Assembly: GCF_006345805.1 (NCBI RefSeq)
Contig: NC_043023.1
Coordinates: 11,222,001-11,286,000, forward strand
Origin: Octopus sinensis
Lineage: Eukaryota
Reading direction: 5' to 3'
Length of the DNA stretch: 64,000 nt
Numbering within the stretch: the first letter of the stretch is position 1; every line of letters begins with the position of its first letter. The position numbers and the translations under genes are program-made. Below are positions 1 through 16,308 of this stretch, piece by piece. The notes under the pieces were generated by a model. The model saw only the letters and a list, made by a program, of their open reading frames with translations. It was not told the origin of the DNA and did no database searches.

Positions 1-54
1 CACACATATACACACTAGCACACATATACATACATGCATACACTGGACATCTTA

Positions 55-172
55 CAGCTTCCACCATAGCCTTGGGCTATAGTAGAAGACAGTTTCCGAA
101 GGTACGACTTAGTAGGACTGAACCTCGACCCATGAGGTTCTGAAGCAAACTTCTTACCACACAGCCACGCCA
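55..172 (-). mobile_element. Degenerate tRNA-head SINE fragment (family A)
   Basis: Matches the head of better copies at 12815-13206 and 29554-29957 (gctatagtagaagaca...cttaccacacagccac). Confidence 0.5.
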
Positions 173-1294
173 AAGACTCCATATATATAAAAGAAATAAA
201 TCCGCATTGAAACTCCTGGTGACTCCCATGGTATATTAAGAATATAGCATGGGGCATCACTAGCGACTCCTTATATTATATTTAGAATATAGTGCAGGGA
301 GTCATCGGTGACTTGGTAGATAAATTGTTAAAACATTATTAAAATGCTCAACCCATTGTCTGAACAAGGAAGGTGGCTTTATCAGTATGTTAGTCGCATA
401 CCTAGACTTTATATGGGTTATTGTTCCATAAACTATATTTACATCAACTTAATAGGCTTTCACATCATTTATGTAGCGAATATTCAGCAATCATGGCTTC
501 ACCTGTAAAGACTATTACCTATGTGATCAATAAAATATGGCCAATCACAGCTTCACGTTGAACAGGCTCCAACATTTGGTGCACTCCCTTCTAAAGTCTA
601 TCAATAAAGATAAAAGTATCACCATCCAAGGAACTCTGGGATGTAGCAGAAAGCATGAGACAAGGCAGACACAGGCAGCGGCTGAACCAAGCTGTTATAT
701 GTTCATGTATATGTGTATGTATACATATATACGAATATAGAACATATATACATTCGTATATATGTATACCTAAACATATAATACAGGTCAATATCAATAT
801 AATGAACTATCAGTAGATGGTATCATTATGTTAAAAATGATGTAATATCTCAGATGCTCGAGTGGAATTTTGGGATTAACCTAACTCGCCTAACATTTAT
901 TTAGATATTTTTTAATCTATTCCAATTAATCTTTTGACCAGATAACGATCCATCGTTTGCTTCGTTTCATTTCTAGTTTCGTATCTTTTTTTATAATTCC
1001 CATTAATAAAATATAATTTCGTCCTAGATATCCTTTACAATCCATGATTTAAGAAGTCTGTATTATATTTTTATGTGTATTTTGAGGCAATTAAAAAGGA
1101 AAAATTTGGTAACATTTATTTTATAAATAACAAATGATTGATGACATAACGTACACAATCTCCCGATTTGATTTCGTTTCGCTGTTTACCGTGTCGGTTT
1201 TTCAATCGTCTTACAATTCAATTATCCGTTGAAACGTCTCTTAAGCTTAATTAAAGACATTTCACATTAAACCCGGATTTATATAAAACACCAG

Positions 1295-1886
1295 GTAAGT
1301 AATTAAAAGACATTTCGGTTAAGTCGACATCTCTGAATGCTTTGCCCTTTTATGTGTACGAAATATACCGTAATTAATTGAGTTTAATTGATTATAGCGG
1401 TCACGAGGCCAGCATCTTGCACGAAGCGGAAATGTGACGAAGCGGAAAGATATAGAGACGTAGCTTGGTTCGGTGTGGTAAAGTGTGCGAGAAGTTTTCT
1501 TGTTAAAAGTGGGTGAAACACACTGCTTCTAGAACTCAGTTACACATTTATGTGGGTACTACTAGCGAACAGTGGTCCCGGTGCGCGCACTTGCGTATCC
1601 GCGCTATTTAGTCGTAAGTAGTCAATCCAAGAACGACTTTTAACCCTAACCTTAGTTTGTTTAAAATGTTAGATAATATCTGAAGGTGGAGGAGCCGATG
1701 CCTGTGAATATGTAGACATTACCTCAAGGTTGTAGAATATAATGTTAATAACAAAATAGAAAGTAACTCATGAGGTAAAAATTTATATCCACAGTTTATC
1801 CTTATAAAACATACTAACATTTCTATTATTGAATCTCTCCTTTTAAACTATTTTCTTTATTTTATATTGTTTCTGTATCATTTCAG
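1295..1886 (+). other. Putative 5'-UTR intron of ZNF locus 1
   Basis: CCAG|GTAAGT donor at 1295; polypyrimidine tract and TTTCAG|AATATCA acceptor at 1886. Same sites are present in the paralog (9260-10109). Confidence 0.6.
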
Positions 1887-2117
1887 AATATCAGACGTCT
1901 GTGGCATAAACGGATTTTTACTTGAGATATGTCATGAATATTAATAAACTTTGAAAGACTAAAGGAAGATGTGATAAATAACAGATATAAACATGGATAC
2001 ATTAAGAAAGAAATTTATGGCCTTCGGATACTGAAGTCAACAGAAACATATATATATAAGAAGAAATACAAGAAAAATATTTATTTATTGTGGTAGTATC
2101 AGAAACATTATAGAACA

Positions 2118-4765
<2,648 letters not shown>

Positions 4766-4789
4766 CATCATCATCATTTTCATCTCCAA

Positions 4790-5499
4790 GCTGTCCATTA
4801 CCCAACAGAGTTCATTAATTCTCTGGAGCCACCTCGAGTTCCACCACAGAAACTTTTTCCGAAGATAGGAGTCCCAATAATGCTTCCAAGAAATTTAGAT
4901 CCTCCTAAATTATGCGATGGGACAAGGTTTATTGTGAAGACATTATCACCTAATGTAACAGAAGCTACCATCATCACTGGATGTGCCTCTGGGGAAGAGG
5001 TTTTCATTCCAAGAATTACAACCAAACCAACAGACATGCCCTTTCAGTTCAAACGAACAATTCCCAGTACTATTTCACTTTGCACTGTCCGTTCATAAAG
5101 GTCAAGGTCAGTCTTTGAAATCTGCTGGTTTGCTTTTCTCATGGTCAACTTTGTTGCTTGCTCCAGGGCAGGTAATTTCCAAGACTTATTTGTCTTTGGT
5201 CCAAACCAGAAAACAAAAGAATGTTGTTTACCCAGAAGCTCTTAGATAATTTCCCTCAACATATGTCATAGAATTTCACTCCTTTCATAAAAGTTGTAAA
5301 TTTTGGTTTTTGGTTTATTATTATTTTTTTTTTTTTTATGAATTCAGAATTGAATTCCCAATTAAAGAATAAATTATATCCCAATTGAAGAATAAACTGA
5401 AATTACATTAACAAATTTTTTTGCAACATATTTTACTTTATTTCTTCCAATATGTGAGGAAAAATTTCATTGCCAGTCAATACTGGGTGCCTCTGCTGG
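4790..5499 (+). mobile_element. Helitron 3' fragment: PIF1-type helicase C-terminus plus hairpin/CTGG terminus
   Basis: Translates to AVHYPTEFINSLEPP...PIMLPRNLDPPKLCDGTRFIVK...FPVLFHFALSVHKGQGQSLK with a frameshift. Ends ccag-tcaata-ctgg hairpin then CTGG|T at 5496-5500 (CTRR consensus). Confidence 0.85.
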
Positions 5500-6053
5500 T
5501 TCATTATATAATCTTACTCTTACATGTTGTAAATCATTATTCATGATTATTATTATAATTATTGAATTAAAAATTATTTGTAATTTTAATTTTGGCTATG
5601 AAATGAAACAATTGGAGGTGATGATATTAAATAATTCCTAAAATAATTTATATCCAATAGATGTCGCCATTTTCTAACTTATTAATAATACCCAAAATTT
5701 ATATATACATATATATATATATATATGTACTAGCAGAGATACCCTGCATTGCCTGTGTTACATGCAATTGAAGAATTAGACTTTTCTGTTATGAACTGGA
5801 ATACCTATGATTCGAACTTCATCAAAATTGCAGAAATTGTAATCCTGACACATGTATCCCATACTACTGATTTTTATGCACAGATTCCAAAATTCCAGTC
5901 TTATAGAACCCATTAAAGGGACTTTGCTCCTGAAAACTGGAGGTCATGAGGCTCTAAAATGTGTGAGTTAAGGCCTGTATTGTGTGTGTGTGTTTTAATG
6001 TCAGGCAGAGAAGTTGAATCCTTGAGAATGTTTTTAACTTGGGTCTTATATCT

Positions 6054-6500
6054 AAAAGTGGTGTTATTGTATGGGGCTGAGACATGGCGAACAACAGTCA
6101 AGTCAAATAAGCAAATACAATCATTCATCAACAGATGCTTGCGTAGTATACATAAAATTAGATGGACCGAATACATAAGCAAAGTGGAGCTATGGCAAAG
6201 AACAAATCAAGTTTTGATTAGGGAGCAAATATTTAAGAAAAAGTGGAATAGAATTGGTAGCGCAATTAGAAAAGACACACCACATGTAGCTAAAAGTGCT
6301 TTACAGTGGAAACCGGATGGATATAGAAAGAAAGGTAGGCCTAAGGACTTGTGGTGGAGATCAACACAGAAGGAATTAGAGAAAGGGGGACATTCATGGC
6401 AGAGTATAAGTACAGAAGCCAAAAATTATGCGACATGGAATTCAACTATAAGTGGCCTATACTCTGCGTTAGAGGGTTAAAGGCATAAAGAAAGAAGAAG
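6054..6500 (+). mobile_element. RTE-like LINE, RT C-terminal/3' fragment
   Basis: VLLYGAETW...FINRCLRSIHKIRW...LQWKPDGYRKKGRPK motifs; ends in a gaagaaga tail. Confidence 0.8.
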
Positions 6501-6536
6501 ATATATATATATATATACACATATACAAGTATACAT

Positions 6537-6930
6537 ATCATCATCATCATCATCATTTAACGTCCGCTTTCCATGCTAGCATGGGTTGGACGGTTCAACT
6601 GGGGTCTGAGGAGGCCGAAGGCTGCACCAGGCCAGTCAGATCTGGCAGTGTTTCTACAGCTAGATGCCCTTCCTAACGCCAACCACTCCGAGAGTGTAGT
6701 GGGTGATTTTATGTGCCACCGACACAGTACCAGACGAGGCTGGCAGACGGTCACGCTTGGATGGTGTTTTTATGTGCCACCGACACAGGTGCCAGATGAG
6801 GCTGGCGAACGGCCACGATCGGATGGTGTTTGTTACGTGCCCACAGCACGGAGGCCAGTCGATGCGGTACTGGCTACGGCCATGTTCGGATGGTTTTCTT
6901 GTATGCCACCGGCACTGGTACCACAAAGAT
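6537..6930 (-). mobile_element. Retroposon family B, (TGA)n tail, internal ~60-70 bp tandem subrepeats
   Basis: catcatcatttaacgtccgctttccatgctagcatggg...ggatgcccttcctaacgccaacc; recurs at 15376, 30811, 33565 and 55890. Confidence 0.7.
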
Positions 6931-9259
6931 ACAAATTCCATTGATGTTCATCTATTTTGATTTGATTTGATTTTGATTTTGATATATATACATTTGTGCA
7001 GATGTATACATATGGTGGCTGCCCCCTCGTTATCGAGTATGGCCATTGCATGAAGCTTAATCAATGTTGTTATCATGCAATGCCTATGCAAGAAGATTTC
7101 TTTTTAAAATGAGGGAAGGCTGTGCACTGAGTCAATCCCACTCACTAAGCAACAGCAGCCATAATCCGAAAAGAAGAACAAATCAACATCATCGGTAACC
7201 ACTGAGCTGCAGGTTTTATGTCGGAGTTATCCCAGTTACCTGAGTTACATTCTCCTAGAAGGATGCCCCAACAAAGGCTAGGTGTCCTTCATTCCCAATG
7301 GTTTAACCGTGCGATCGGGTATTCAGTCCGATTATTTCTATGTCCCCGCGCATGATACAGCCTTAAGACATTTATTGGTGGGTTTTGTTTCTCATCCCGC
7401 AGGGTGTCCAATAAACACCCTTCTCACCAAGCAAGCTTGGCGGGGTTACTAGTTTAGTCGCTGACGACCTGACCCTGCAACAGGTTGTACTGGGTTACAT
7501 GTTACCAGTAGCACTCAAAAGTGACCTGACATAATATATATGTATACATATATATAAACATATATACATATATATAAACACATAATATATATATTGTAAG
7601 TATATATGTGAGATAATAGTTTCAGTATTTAAGTGAAAACATCTGACATTACAGTTGAGAGATGCTTTTATTTCACTTGTCATGTAATACTGAAGTAGAG
7701 AAGATATGATATTGCTGTGGGCTTGGCCTAGGAGAGAGGTTATAAATTTGTTTGCCCATGACACTACATGGACCCTAAGTAAGGTATGTGTAAGATTTGA
7801 ATGAAATTGGTTGTGTAGTTCTCAGGTTTTAGGGATTCACACTGACAGACAGACACACATTCTCATCTTTATAGATATAGATGTGTGTGTGTGTGTGTCT
7901 GACATCAACATTCAACAGACTGAACTAAAGTAAAGTGAGGTTCTGATCTTGTGATGGTTTCAATCGTTGCGTAGAGAAATAGAGGGACATAGCAATGACA
8001 TGAATGGGTATAAGTCTGATCGATTAAGAAGCAAAAAGCTGGGTTAGCCAGCTGTTTTTATTAATGAAATGCTAGACGTTCTAGAAACTTCCAAGAGAAA
8101 TGCCAAGCTTTTTGAATGATTAAGAATCAGGTCTCATAACTTTGATGCTTAGAGAAGACTATGGAAGGGAGGTTGCTCTATCATCTTTCTTGCAATGGAG
8201 ATCATTCCAGTATCTAGATTCTGCTACAGACTCATTCCTTTCTTCCGAAATTGCTGGCCTTGAGCAAAAATCTAATGCCGATATTAATTTATAATGTGTA
8301 TCAAAACTTTAAGAGGAGAGTGGCGAAGAGAAAGCGAAATAAAGTATATGGGCAACAAGATCTCTTAAGAATATTTCTACAGAAATTCTAGTCAGCATTG
8401 ATTTTTAGCTACAACGTTTGGCATCGAGAAGACAGATGTAAATAATAAAACTTCAGATAACATAATATTGTAAAGATCACTGCTAATGCCGTAGAACGTG
8501 GTGTTGGCTTATAAGAACATTTAATATACGTTATGATATATTACGGTTGCTTAATGAAATATGCTGCCAATGTAGGATTTAGGATTGGCTAAAATAACAT
8601 AACTTTTAGCTCGTAACTTTATAATTCATTTCTAGAAAATAATCTTCAGCATTTCAAAACAGCATTCTTTCCTTCTTAAATAATAATCTGGCGAAATTTG
8701 AGATGTATCAAATTCCATATCTACTATTAAGTATAATGATGAAAATTTTCCCTTTTACCGAATTTAAAATTAACAGAGAATCATAATATTAAAAATGATC
8801 AACTATCTCAGATGCTTCTGTGGAATTTTAGGATAAACTTAACTTCTGTAAATTTGATTTAAATATATTTTAATCTATTCCAAATAATCTTGTTTCTAAT
8901 CTTTTCACCAGATACCGAAGGTTCGTTTCCTTCATTTCATGTCTAGTTTCGTATCTTGTTTTTATAATTCCCATTAATAAAATATAATTTCGTCTAGATA
9001 TACTTTACAATCCAAGGTTTAAAAAGTCTGTATTATATTTTTATGTGTATTTTGATGCAATTAAAAAGGAAAAAAATGATAACATTTATTTTATAACAAA
9101 TGGTTGATGACATAACGTTCACAATCTCCAGACTGATTTCGTTTCGCTGTTTACCGTGTCGGTTTTTCAATCGTCTTACAATTCAATTATCCGTTGAAAC
9201 GTCTCTTAAGCTTAATTAAAGACATTTCACATTAAACCCGGATTTATATAAAACACCAG

Positions 9260-10109
9260 GTAAGTAATTAATATACATTTCGGTTAAGTCGACGTCTTTG
9301 AATGCTTTGCCCTTTTATGTGTACGAAATATACCGTAATTAATTGAGTTTAATTGATTATAGCAGTCACATAAAATGATAATTAATTAGTGAACTCAGGT
9401 GAATGTCGCAAACCGTTTCTGCGTGGTCCCTTTCGCTTTGTATCGGCGATCGTTGTCTACGTGTATATTGGGGTAAATTTGGACAAGTGCACCCGAAAGA
9501 TATGCCTCTGTTTATACGTTATATAGGAAAACAGAAATTCACTTATAATGATAGAAAAACCAAAAATGACTGTCGTTCTGTTGTGGTTAGGGATACGAGA
9601 ATAATGATACAGTGCCAAAGGGACAGGATTAGGGAGTTGGAGGCAAGCATCGTGCATTAAGCGGAGAGATATAGAGACGTAGCTTGGTTTAGTGTGGTAA
9701 AGTGTGAAGTTTTCTTGTTAAAAGTGGGTGAAAAACACTGCTTCTAGAACTCAGTTGCACATTTATGTGGGTACTACTACCGAACTGTGGTCCCGGTGCG
9801 CGCACTCGCGCATCCGCGCTATTTAGTCGTAAGTAGTCGATCCTAGAACGACTTTTTAACCGTAACCCTAAACTTAGTTTGTTTAAAATGTTGAATAATA
9901 TCTGAAGGTGGAGGAGCCGATGCCTGTGAATATGTAGACATTACCTCAAGGTTGTAGAATATAATTTTAATAACAAAATAGAAAGTAACTCATGAGGTAA
10001 AAATTTATATCCACGGTTTATCCTTATGAAAACATACTAACATTTCTATTATTGAATCTCTCCTTTTAAACTATTTTCTTTATTTTATATTGTTTCTATA
10101 TCATTTCAG
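9260..10109 (+). other. Putative 5'-UTR intron of ZNF locus 2
   Basis: CCAG|GTAAGT donor and TTTCAG|AACATCA acceptor, paralogous to 1295-1886. Confidence 0.6.
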
Positions 10110-10456
10110 AACATCAGACGTCTCTGGCATGAACGGACTTTTACTTGAGATACGTCATGAATATTAATAAACTTTGAAAGACTAAAGGAAGATGTGATAA
10201 ATAACAGATATAAACATGTTTATATAATATATCTATGATCAATAACTGAAATACTGTGTTCTTGTCTGAGATTGATAGATATTTCACTTCCTCACTGCCT
10301 GAAATATTTCCATTTCACATTCTAATTAAACATGGATACATTTACAAGGAAATTTATGGCCTTCGGATACTGAAGTCAACAGAAACATATATATATAAGA
10401 AGAAATACAAGAAAAATATTTATTTATTGTGGTAGTATCAGAAACATTATAGAACA

Positions 10457-11545
10457 ATGAGTTATGGGGGAAATGTAGAGGATGGCTTGTTTCTTGAAGA
10501 GATGACGAAAGAAGGAGAAAAATTATCATACCATTGTGATATTTGCAAAAAGTCTTTCTCTCGGAAAGGGTACCTAACTACTCATAAACGCATCCACACA
10601 GGCGAAAAACCATATCACTGTGTTATTTGTGGTAAAACATTCCCTGACTGTAGTTACTTAACTGCACACAAACGCATTCACACAGGTGAGAAACCATATC
10701 GCTGTGATATCTGTGGTAAGTTATTCTCTCAAAAATGTAACTTAACTGCTCACAAACATTTGCATACAGGTGAGAAACCATATGACTGTGATATCTGTGG
10801 AAAGTCATTCACTCAAAAATGTTCCTTAACTACTCACAAACATCTGCATACAGGTGAGGAACCATCTCACTGCGATATCTGTGGCAAGACATTCACTCGA
10901 AAAGGTCACTTAGCTACTCACATACGTTTGCATACAGGAGAGAAACCTTATCACTGTGATACCTGTGGTAGATCATTTGCTCGAAACATAGTATTAAGTA
11001 TTCACAAACGCATTCATACAGGTGATAAACCATATTGCTGTGATATCTGTGGTAAGTCATTCACTCAAAAAGGTAACTTGGCTACTCACGTACGTTTGCA
11101 TACAGGTGAGAAACCATATCACTGTGATATCTGTGGTAAATCATTCACTCAAAAAGGTAGCTTAACTGCTCACAAACATCTGCATACAGGTGAGAAACCA
11201 TATCACTGCGATATCTGTGGTAAATCATTCCCTGGAAGTAGTGACGTAACTAAACACAAACGCATTCACACAGGAGAGAAACCATATCAGTGTGATATCT
11301 GTGGTAAATCATTCACTCATAAATGTAACTTAACTGCTCACAAACGTGTGCATACAGATAAGAAACCATATCACTGTGATATCTGTGGAAAGTCATTCAC
11401 TCAAAAAGGTAGCTTAACTACTCACATACGTTTACATACAGGTGAGAAACCATATCAGTGTGATATCTGTGGTAGATCATTTGCTGTGAATGATACTTTA
11501 ATTAAACACAAACTCATCCATACAGGAGAGGAAACACATCCTTGA
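10457..11545 (+). CDS. C2H2 zinc-finger protein (ZNF locus 2), 12 fingers, intact
   Basis: 362-aa ATG-to-TGA ORF with 12 canonical fingers; N-terminus paralogous to locus 1 ([12 protein letters not shown]). Confidence 0.92.
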   Translation: MSYGGNVEDGLFLEEMTKEGEKLSYHCDICKKSFSRKGYLTTHKRIHTGEKPYHCVICGKTFPDCSYLTAHKRIHTGEKPYRCDICGKLFSQKCNLTAHKHLHTGEKPYDCDICGKSFTQKCSLTTHKHLHTGEEPSHCDICGKTFTRKGHLATHIRLHTGEKPYHCDTCGRSFARNIVLSIHKRIHTGDKPYCCDICGKSFTQKGNLATHVRLHTGEKPYHCDICGKSFTQKGSLTAHKHLHTGEKPYHCDICGKSFPGSSDVTKHKRIHTGEKPYQCDICGKSFTHKCNLTAHKRVHTDKKPYHCDICGKSFTQKGSLTTHIRLHTGEKPYQCDICGRSFAVNDTLIKHKLIHTGEETHP

Positions 11546-11569
11546 CATCATCATCATTTTCATCTCCAA

Positions 11570-12251
11570 GCTGTCCATTACCCAACAGAGTTCATTAATT
11601 CTCTGGAGCCACCTCGAGTTCCACCACAGAAACTTTTTCCGAAGATAGGAGTCCCAATGATGCTTCCAAGAAATTTAGATCCTCCTAAATTATGTGATGG
11701 GACAAGGTTTATTGTGAAGACATTATCACCTAATGTAAGAGAAGCTACCATCATCACTGGATGTGCCTCTGGGGAAGAGGTTTTCATTCCAAGAATTACA
11801 ACCAAACCAACAGACATGCCCTTTCAGTTCAAACGAACAATCCCAGTACTACTTCACTTTGCACTGTCCGTTCATAAAGGTCAAGGTCAGTCTTTGAAAT
11901 CTACTGGTTTGCTTTTCTCATGGTCAACTTTGTTGCTTGCTCCAGGGCAGGTAATTTGCAAGACTTATTTCTATGGTCCAAACCAGAAAACAAAAGAATG
12001 TTGTTTACCCAGAAGCTCTTAGATAATTTCCTTCAACATATGTCATAGAATTTCACTCCTTTCATAAAAGTGGTAAATTTTTTTTTTCTTTTATCAATAT
12101 TACTACTTTCTTATGAATTCAGAATTGAAATCCCAATTGAAGAATGAACTGAAATTACATTAACACATTTCTTTGCAACCTATTTTGCTTTATTTCTTCC
12201 AATATGTGAGGAAAAATTTCATTGCCAGTCAATGCTGGGTGCCTCTGCTGG
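11570..12251 (+). mobile_element. Helitron 3' fragment (helicase C-terminus plus terminus), copy 2
   Basis: Near-identical to 4790-5499; hairpin then CTGG|T at 12248-12252. Confidence 0.85.
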
Positions 12252-12814
12252 TTCATTATATAATCTTACCCTTACATGTTGTAAATCATTATTCATGATT
12301 ATTATTATAATTATTGAATTAAAAAATGTTTTGTAATTTTAATTTTGGCTATGAAATGAAACAATTGTAGGTGATGATATTAAATAATTCATAAAATAAT
12401 TTATATCCAATAGATGTCGCCATTTTCTAACTTATTAATAATACCTATAATATATATATATATACTAGCAGAGATACCCTGCGTTGCCCGTGTTACATGC
12501 AATTGAAGAATTAGACTTTTCTGTTATGAACTGGAATACCTATGATTAGAATTTCATCAAAATTGCAGAAATTGTAATCCTGACACATGTATCCCATACT
12601 ACTGATTTTTATGCACAGGTTCCAAAATTCCAGTCTTATAGAACCCGTTAAAGGGACTTTGCTCCTGAAAAATGGAGGTCATGGGGCTTTAAAATGTGTG
12701 AGTTGAGGCCCTTATTGGGGGTGGGTGTTTTAATGTCAAGCAGAGAAGTTGAATTCTTGAGAATGTATGTAACTTGAGTCTTATCTCTATTGTTTGAAAT
12801 AGGAAATATATGTA

Positions 12815-13206
12815 CACTCTTTACTCTTTAACTTGTTTCAGTCATTTAACTGCGGCCATGCTGGAGTACTGCCTTTAGTTGAGCAAATCGACCCCAGGAC
12901 TTACTCTTTGTAAGCCCAGTACTTATTCTATTGGTCTCTTTTGCCGAACGGCTAAGTAACGGGGATGTAAACACACCAGAATCGTTTGTCAGCAATGCTA
13001 GGGGGACAAACACACACACACATAAATATATATACATATATACGACAGTCTTCTTTCAGTTTCCGTCTACCAAATCCACTCACAAGGCCTTGGTCGGCCC
13101 GAGGCTATAGTAGAAGACACTTGCCCAAGATGCCACGCAGTGGGACTGAACCCAGAAGCATGTGGTTGGTTAGCAAGCTACTTACCACACAGCCACTCCT
13201 GCGCCT
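12815..13206 (-). mobile_element. tRNA-head SINE family A, near full length
   Basis: Minus strand begins aggcgcaggagtggctgtgtggtaagtagcttgc (A/B-box-like head), has an internal TA/TG microsatellite and an aagagtaaagagt tail; several copies in the window. Confidence 0.8.
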
Positions 13207-15375
13207 GCGTATGTTCACTGGGTTTGTAAAAGAGAGCAAAGCTACAGGAAACCAAAAGACGAATGATCATAATAAGATGCATTATGTATCTATAGTAATT
13301 GTTAAGGTGTGACCCAACTTAAATAAAAATTAACAACTGTGTGACGTGAGGGTGAAGGAGAAATGAAAGTGTCACGTCTGGAGTTTGCAAATGACCACTA
13401 TACTGATACGTAACTGGGAAGAATAAATTTACAATCTACAAATGTCTTTGAATAACCAGTCACTCATCTGGGAAGGCCTTGAAATCAATGTTACCATCTG
13501 GGGACTATGTGTGACCCAGTGATAATAAAAAGACTGAAAATAGGTCTGCAACCAAATAACTTTACTCAACACTTTGTAACTGAATTAGTGGAGGCAAAGA
13601 TGCCTCTCATTTACTTGACAATTTATGCACCACATTGTAGAAATCACAATCTAAGTATATCTGAAAGCAAAGTCTTACACTGTTGTACCATTGAATTACA
13701 AATAATGCTCATTTTTTATGCTCGGGTGACCCTACAGCTTCCAAGAGTACAACTGTATTCATCTTTGCTTAGATAAAATGAGTAAATTGTGGGTGTTAAG
13801 TCCCCATAAAGAGGTCTTTTTAACTTCTAAGAAGATGAAGTTTTATAAATATTACTTCATTTGTGTCTAATATGTATGGTTAAAATTTCATCAATGGCAA
13901 AATATATGAATTGTCATGGGGGTTATGGCCCTTATGCATAGAATATAATTTCCAAATTTCGTAAAGATCCCTTCAGTACTTTTAACCTAGTTTTGGATCA
14001 TAAAAGAAATGACTAAAATTTGGGAGTTAAGTCCCCCATTAGAGTGTCTTAGAATCCTCGTGAGAAGTGGAAACTTTGAGAATACTTTTTGATGCTTGTC
14101 GATATCCATGGTTGAATTTTCATCAACATCAAAAATTTATGAATTTTCATGGGGGTTCTGCCCCCTTTAAGCCATCTAAAATTCAAACCAAACATATTGC
14201 ATTATACCCACCCTTATGCATTGAATCTAAGTTCCAAATATGATAAGGATCAATTCAGTAATTTTGGTCCATGAAATTGTATGAAACATGCAGCATTACC
14301 CTTCTCCCAAGGCTTGGATTTTCTGTTCCAAATTTCATTAGGATCTTTGCAGCACTTTTCGAATGTATAAGTAACACATAAAGCCATTGACTTTGATATA
14401 ATAGATATGAATGTGCACACATACATACATGTATATATATATACATGTGTGTTTGTGTGTATTCTATATATATATATCTATACACACACTCACAGATAAA
14501 TTGATAGATACAACTGAGTGGGCAAAGAAATATATGAGACACAGCCTAGTGCTTTTTTATGTTGATAGCCTGGTGTTTATCCTGTCAGTTTTGGGGATGT
14601 AAATAAACAACAGCAGTGATGAAGGTGAAACATAGGGACAAAGACACATAATTTTACACATATATATACGATTGATTTCTTTCAGTTTCTGCCTACGAAA
14701 TCCATATGTATATATATATATGAAACTACAGGAGTAGTCAAAAGCGCTAATATGAAGTAATAATATGTAAATAATATGTAAATAATATTTTTACAACCAT
14801 CCAGCATCCTGAACATCTTTTTTCTTTCATATATATATGTATATATATATATATTTACACACACACAAAGATAAATTGATAGATACAACTTAGTTGGCAT
14901 CCAAAATATGAGACACTGCCTAGTGCTTTTTTTATTTTAATAAGCCTGGTACTTATTCTATCAGTTTCTACTTATGAAACCGGTAAGTAATGGGTATGTA
15001 AATAAATAAACAGCAGTGATGAGGGAGAAACACAGAGACAAAAACACACACATAGACTTCATATAATCGTACATATATATATACGATTGATTTCTTTCAG
15101 GTTCTGTCTACAAAATTCACTGACAACGCTCAGGTTGGTCTGAGGCTATAGCAGAAGACACATGCCAACTCAACACACGGTATGACTGAACCCAGGACCG
15201 TGTGTTTGGGAACCAAATTTGTTACCATACAGCCACACCTGCACCTATATATATGTGTGTGTATGTATGGGTGTATATAAATGCATGTATATATGTGTAC
15301 ATATTACATGTACATGTATATATATATATATATGAATGTGTGCATATTACATGTACATGTATATATATATAGTTA

Positions 15376-15597
15376 TCATCATCATCATCGTTTAACGTCC
15401 GCTTTCCATGTTAGCATGGGTTGGACGGTTCAACTGGGGTCTGGCAAGCCCGAAGGCTGCACCAGGCCAGTCAGATCTGACAGTGTTTCTACAGCTGGAT
15501 GCCCTTCCTAATGCCAACCACTCCGAGAGTGTAGTGGGTGATTTTATGTGCCACCGACACAGGTGCCAGACGAGGCTGGCAGACGGCCACGCTCGGA
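15376..15597 (-). mobile_element. Retroposon family B, 5'-truncated copy
   Basis: Same tail and body as 6537-6930. Confidence 0.7.
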
Positions 15598-15685
15598 TAT
15601 GTATACATGTGTATATATATGTGTACATATTACATGTACATGTATATATATATATATATGTATTTTGGAAATGTATCTAAGATAT

Positions 15686-16061
15686 GGCTGGAGGAAAATG
15701 TGCCTAATGATTAGAAAGAGGGACTCATTGTGAAATTGCCAAAAAAAGGTGATTCAAGCTTTTGCGAAAAATTATAGAGGGATTATGCTATTATCAGCTC
15801 CCTGAAAAGATTTTAACAGGATACTTTTAGAGTGGATGAGGGCAGCAGTAAAGTATAAGCCGGATTTAGGAAGAACCGTTCATGTGGAGTTCAAATCGCC
15901 ACTCTTTGTATCATCGTAGAGCAAAGCGCAGAGTGGAAAGCACCGCTTTATATTAACTTTATTGATTTCGAAAAAGCATTTGATACTGTAGATAGGGAAG
16001 GCTTATTGAAAATTATGCAGCACTATGGCATACCAAACCAGTACATATCTATAATAAAAGC
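15686..16061 (+). mobile_element. RTE-like LINE reverse-transcriptase fragment
   Basis: Manual translation: KEGLIVKLPKKGD...NYRGIMLLS...AGFRKNRSC...YINFIDFEKAFDTVDR...HYGIP, with stops and frameshifts. Confidence 0.8.
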
Positions 16062-16308
16062 ATCTGACATTACAGTTGAAAGATGTTTTTGTTTCATTTA
16101 TGAGAAGTAATACTGAAATAGTGGACAAGACATGATATCACTGTGGGCTCGCCCTAGGCAAGAAGTAAAAAGTTTTTTTTGCCCATGACACTACATGGAC
16201 GCTAGGTAAGGCATGTGTAAGATTTGAATGAAATTGGTTGTGTAGTTCTCAAGTTTTAGGGATTCATGCTGACAGGCAGATGCACATTCTCATCTTTATA
16301 TATATAGA

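Larger units (their letters stand above)
5730..7881 (-). mobile_element. Non-autonomous Helitron-like element carrying nested insertions
   Basis: Minus strand starts A|TCTATATCTATAAAGATGAGAATGTGTGTCTGTCTG and ends gcaatgcagggtatctctgCTAG|T, i.e. AT target with TC...CTAG termini. Confidence 0.75.
12465..16308 (-). mobile_element. Non-autonomous Helitron-like element, copy 2, with different nested insertions
   Basis: Same termini as 5730-7881 (A|TCTATATATATAAAGATG ... cacgggcaacgcagggtatctctgCTAG|T). Confidence 0.75.

Noticed and set aside
1640-1660. Telomere or interstitial telomeric array (taaccctaacc; also near 19441, 47660, 48160)
   Set aside because: Only 1-2 hexamers, embedded in a dispersed motif.
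4798-5249. ORFs 4880-5098, 4983-5249 and 11657-12022 as a functional helicase gene
   Set aside because: Only the frameshifted C-terminal fragment of a Helitron helicase; no Rep domain or N-terminal helicase motifs.
12815-13206. tRNA genes at SINE heads (families A, C, D)
   Set aside because: The heads are tRNA-like but run into SINE bodies and simple-repeat tails, and I could not build a complete cloverleaf.
14255-15733. Short ORFs over TA/TG/CA microsatellites and SINEs (also 537-797, 7495-7764, 25295-25903, 60042-61006)
   Set aside because: Low-complexity or repeat-derived reading frames with no domain evidence.
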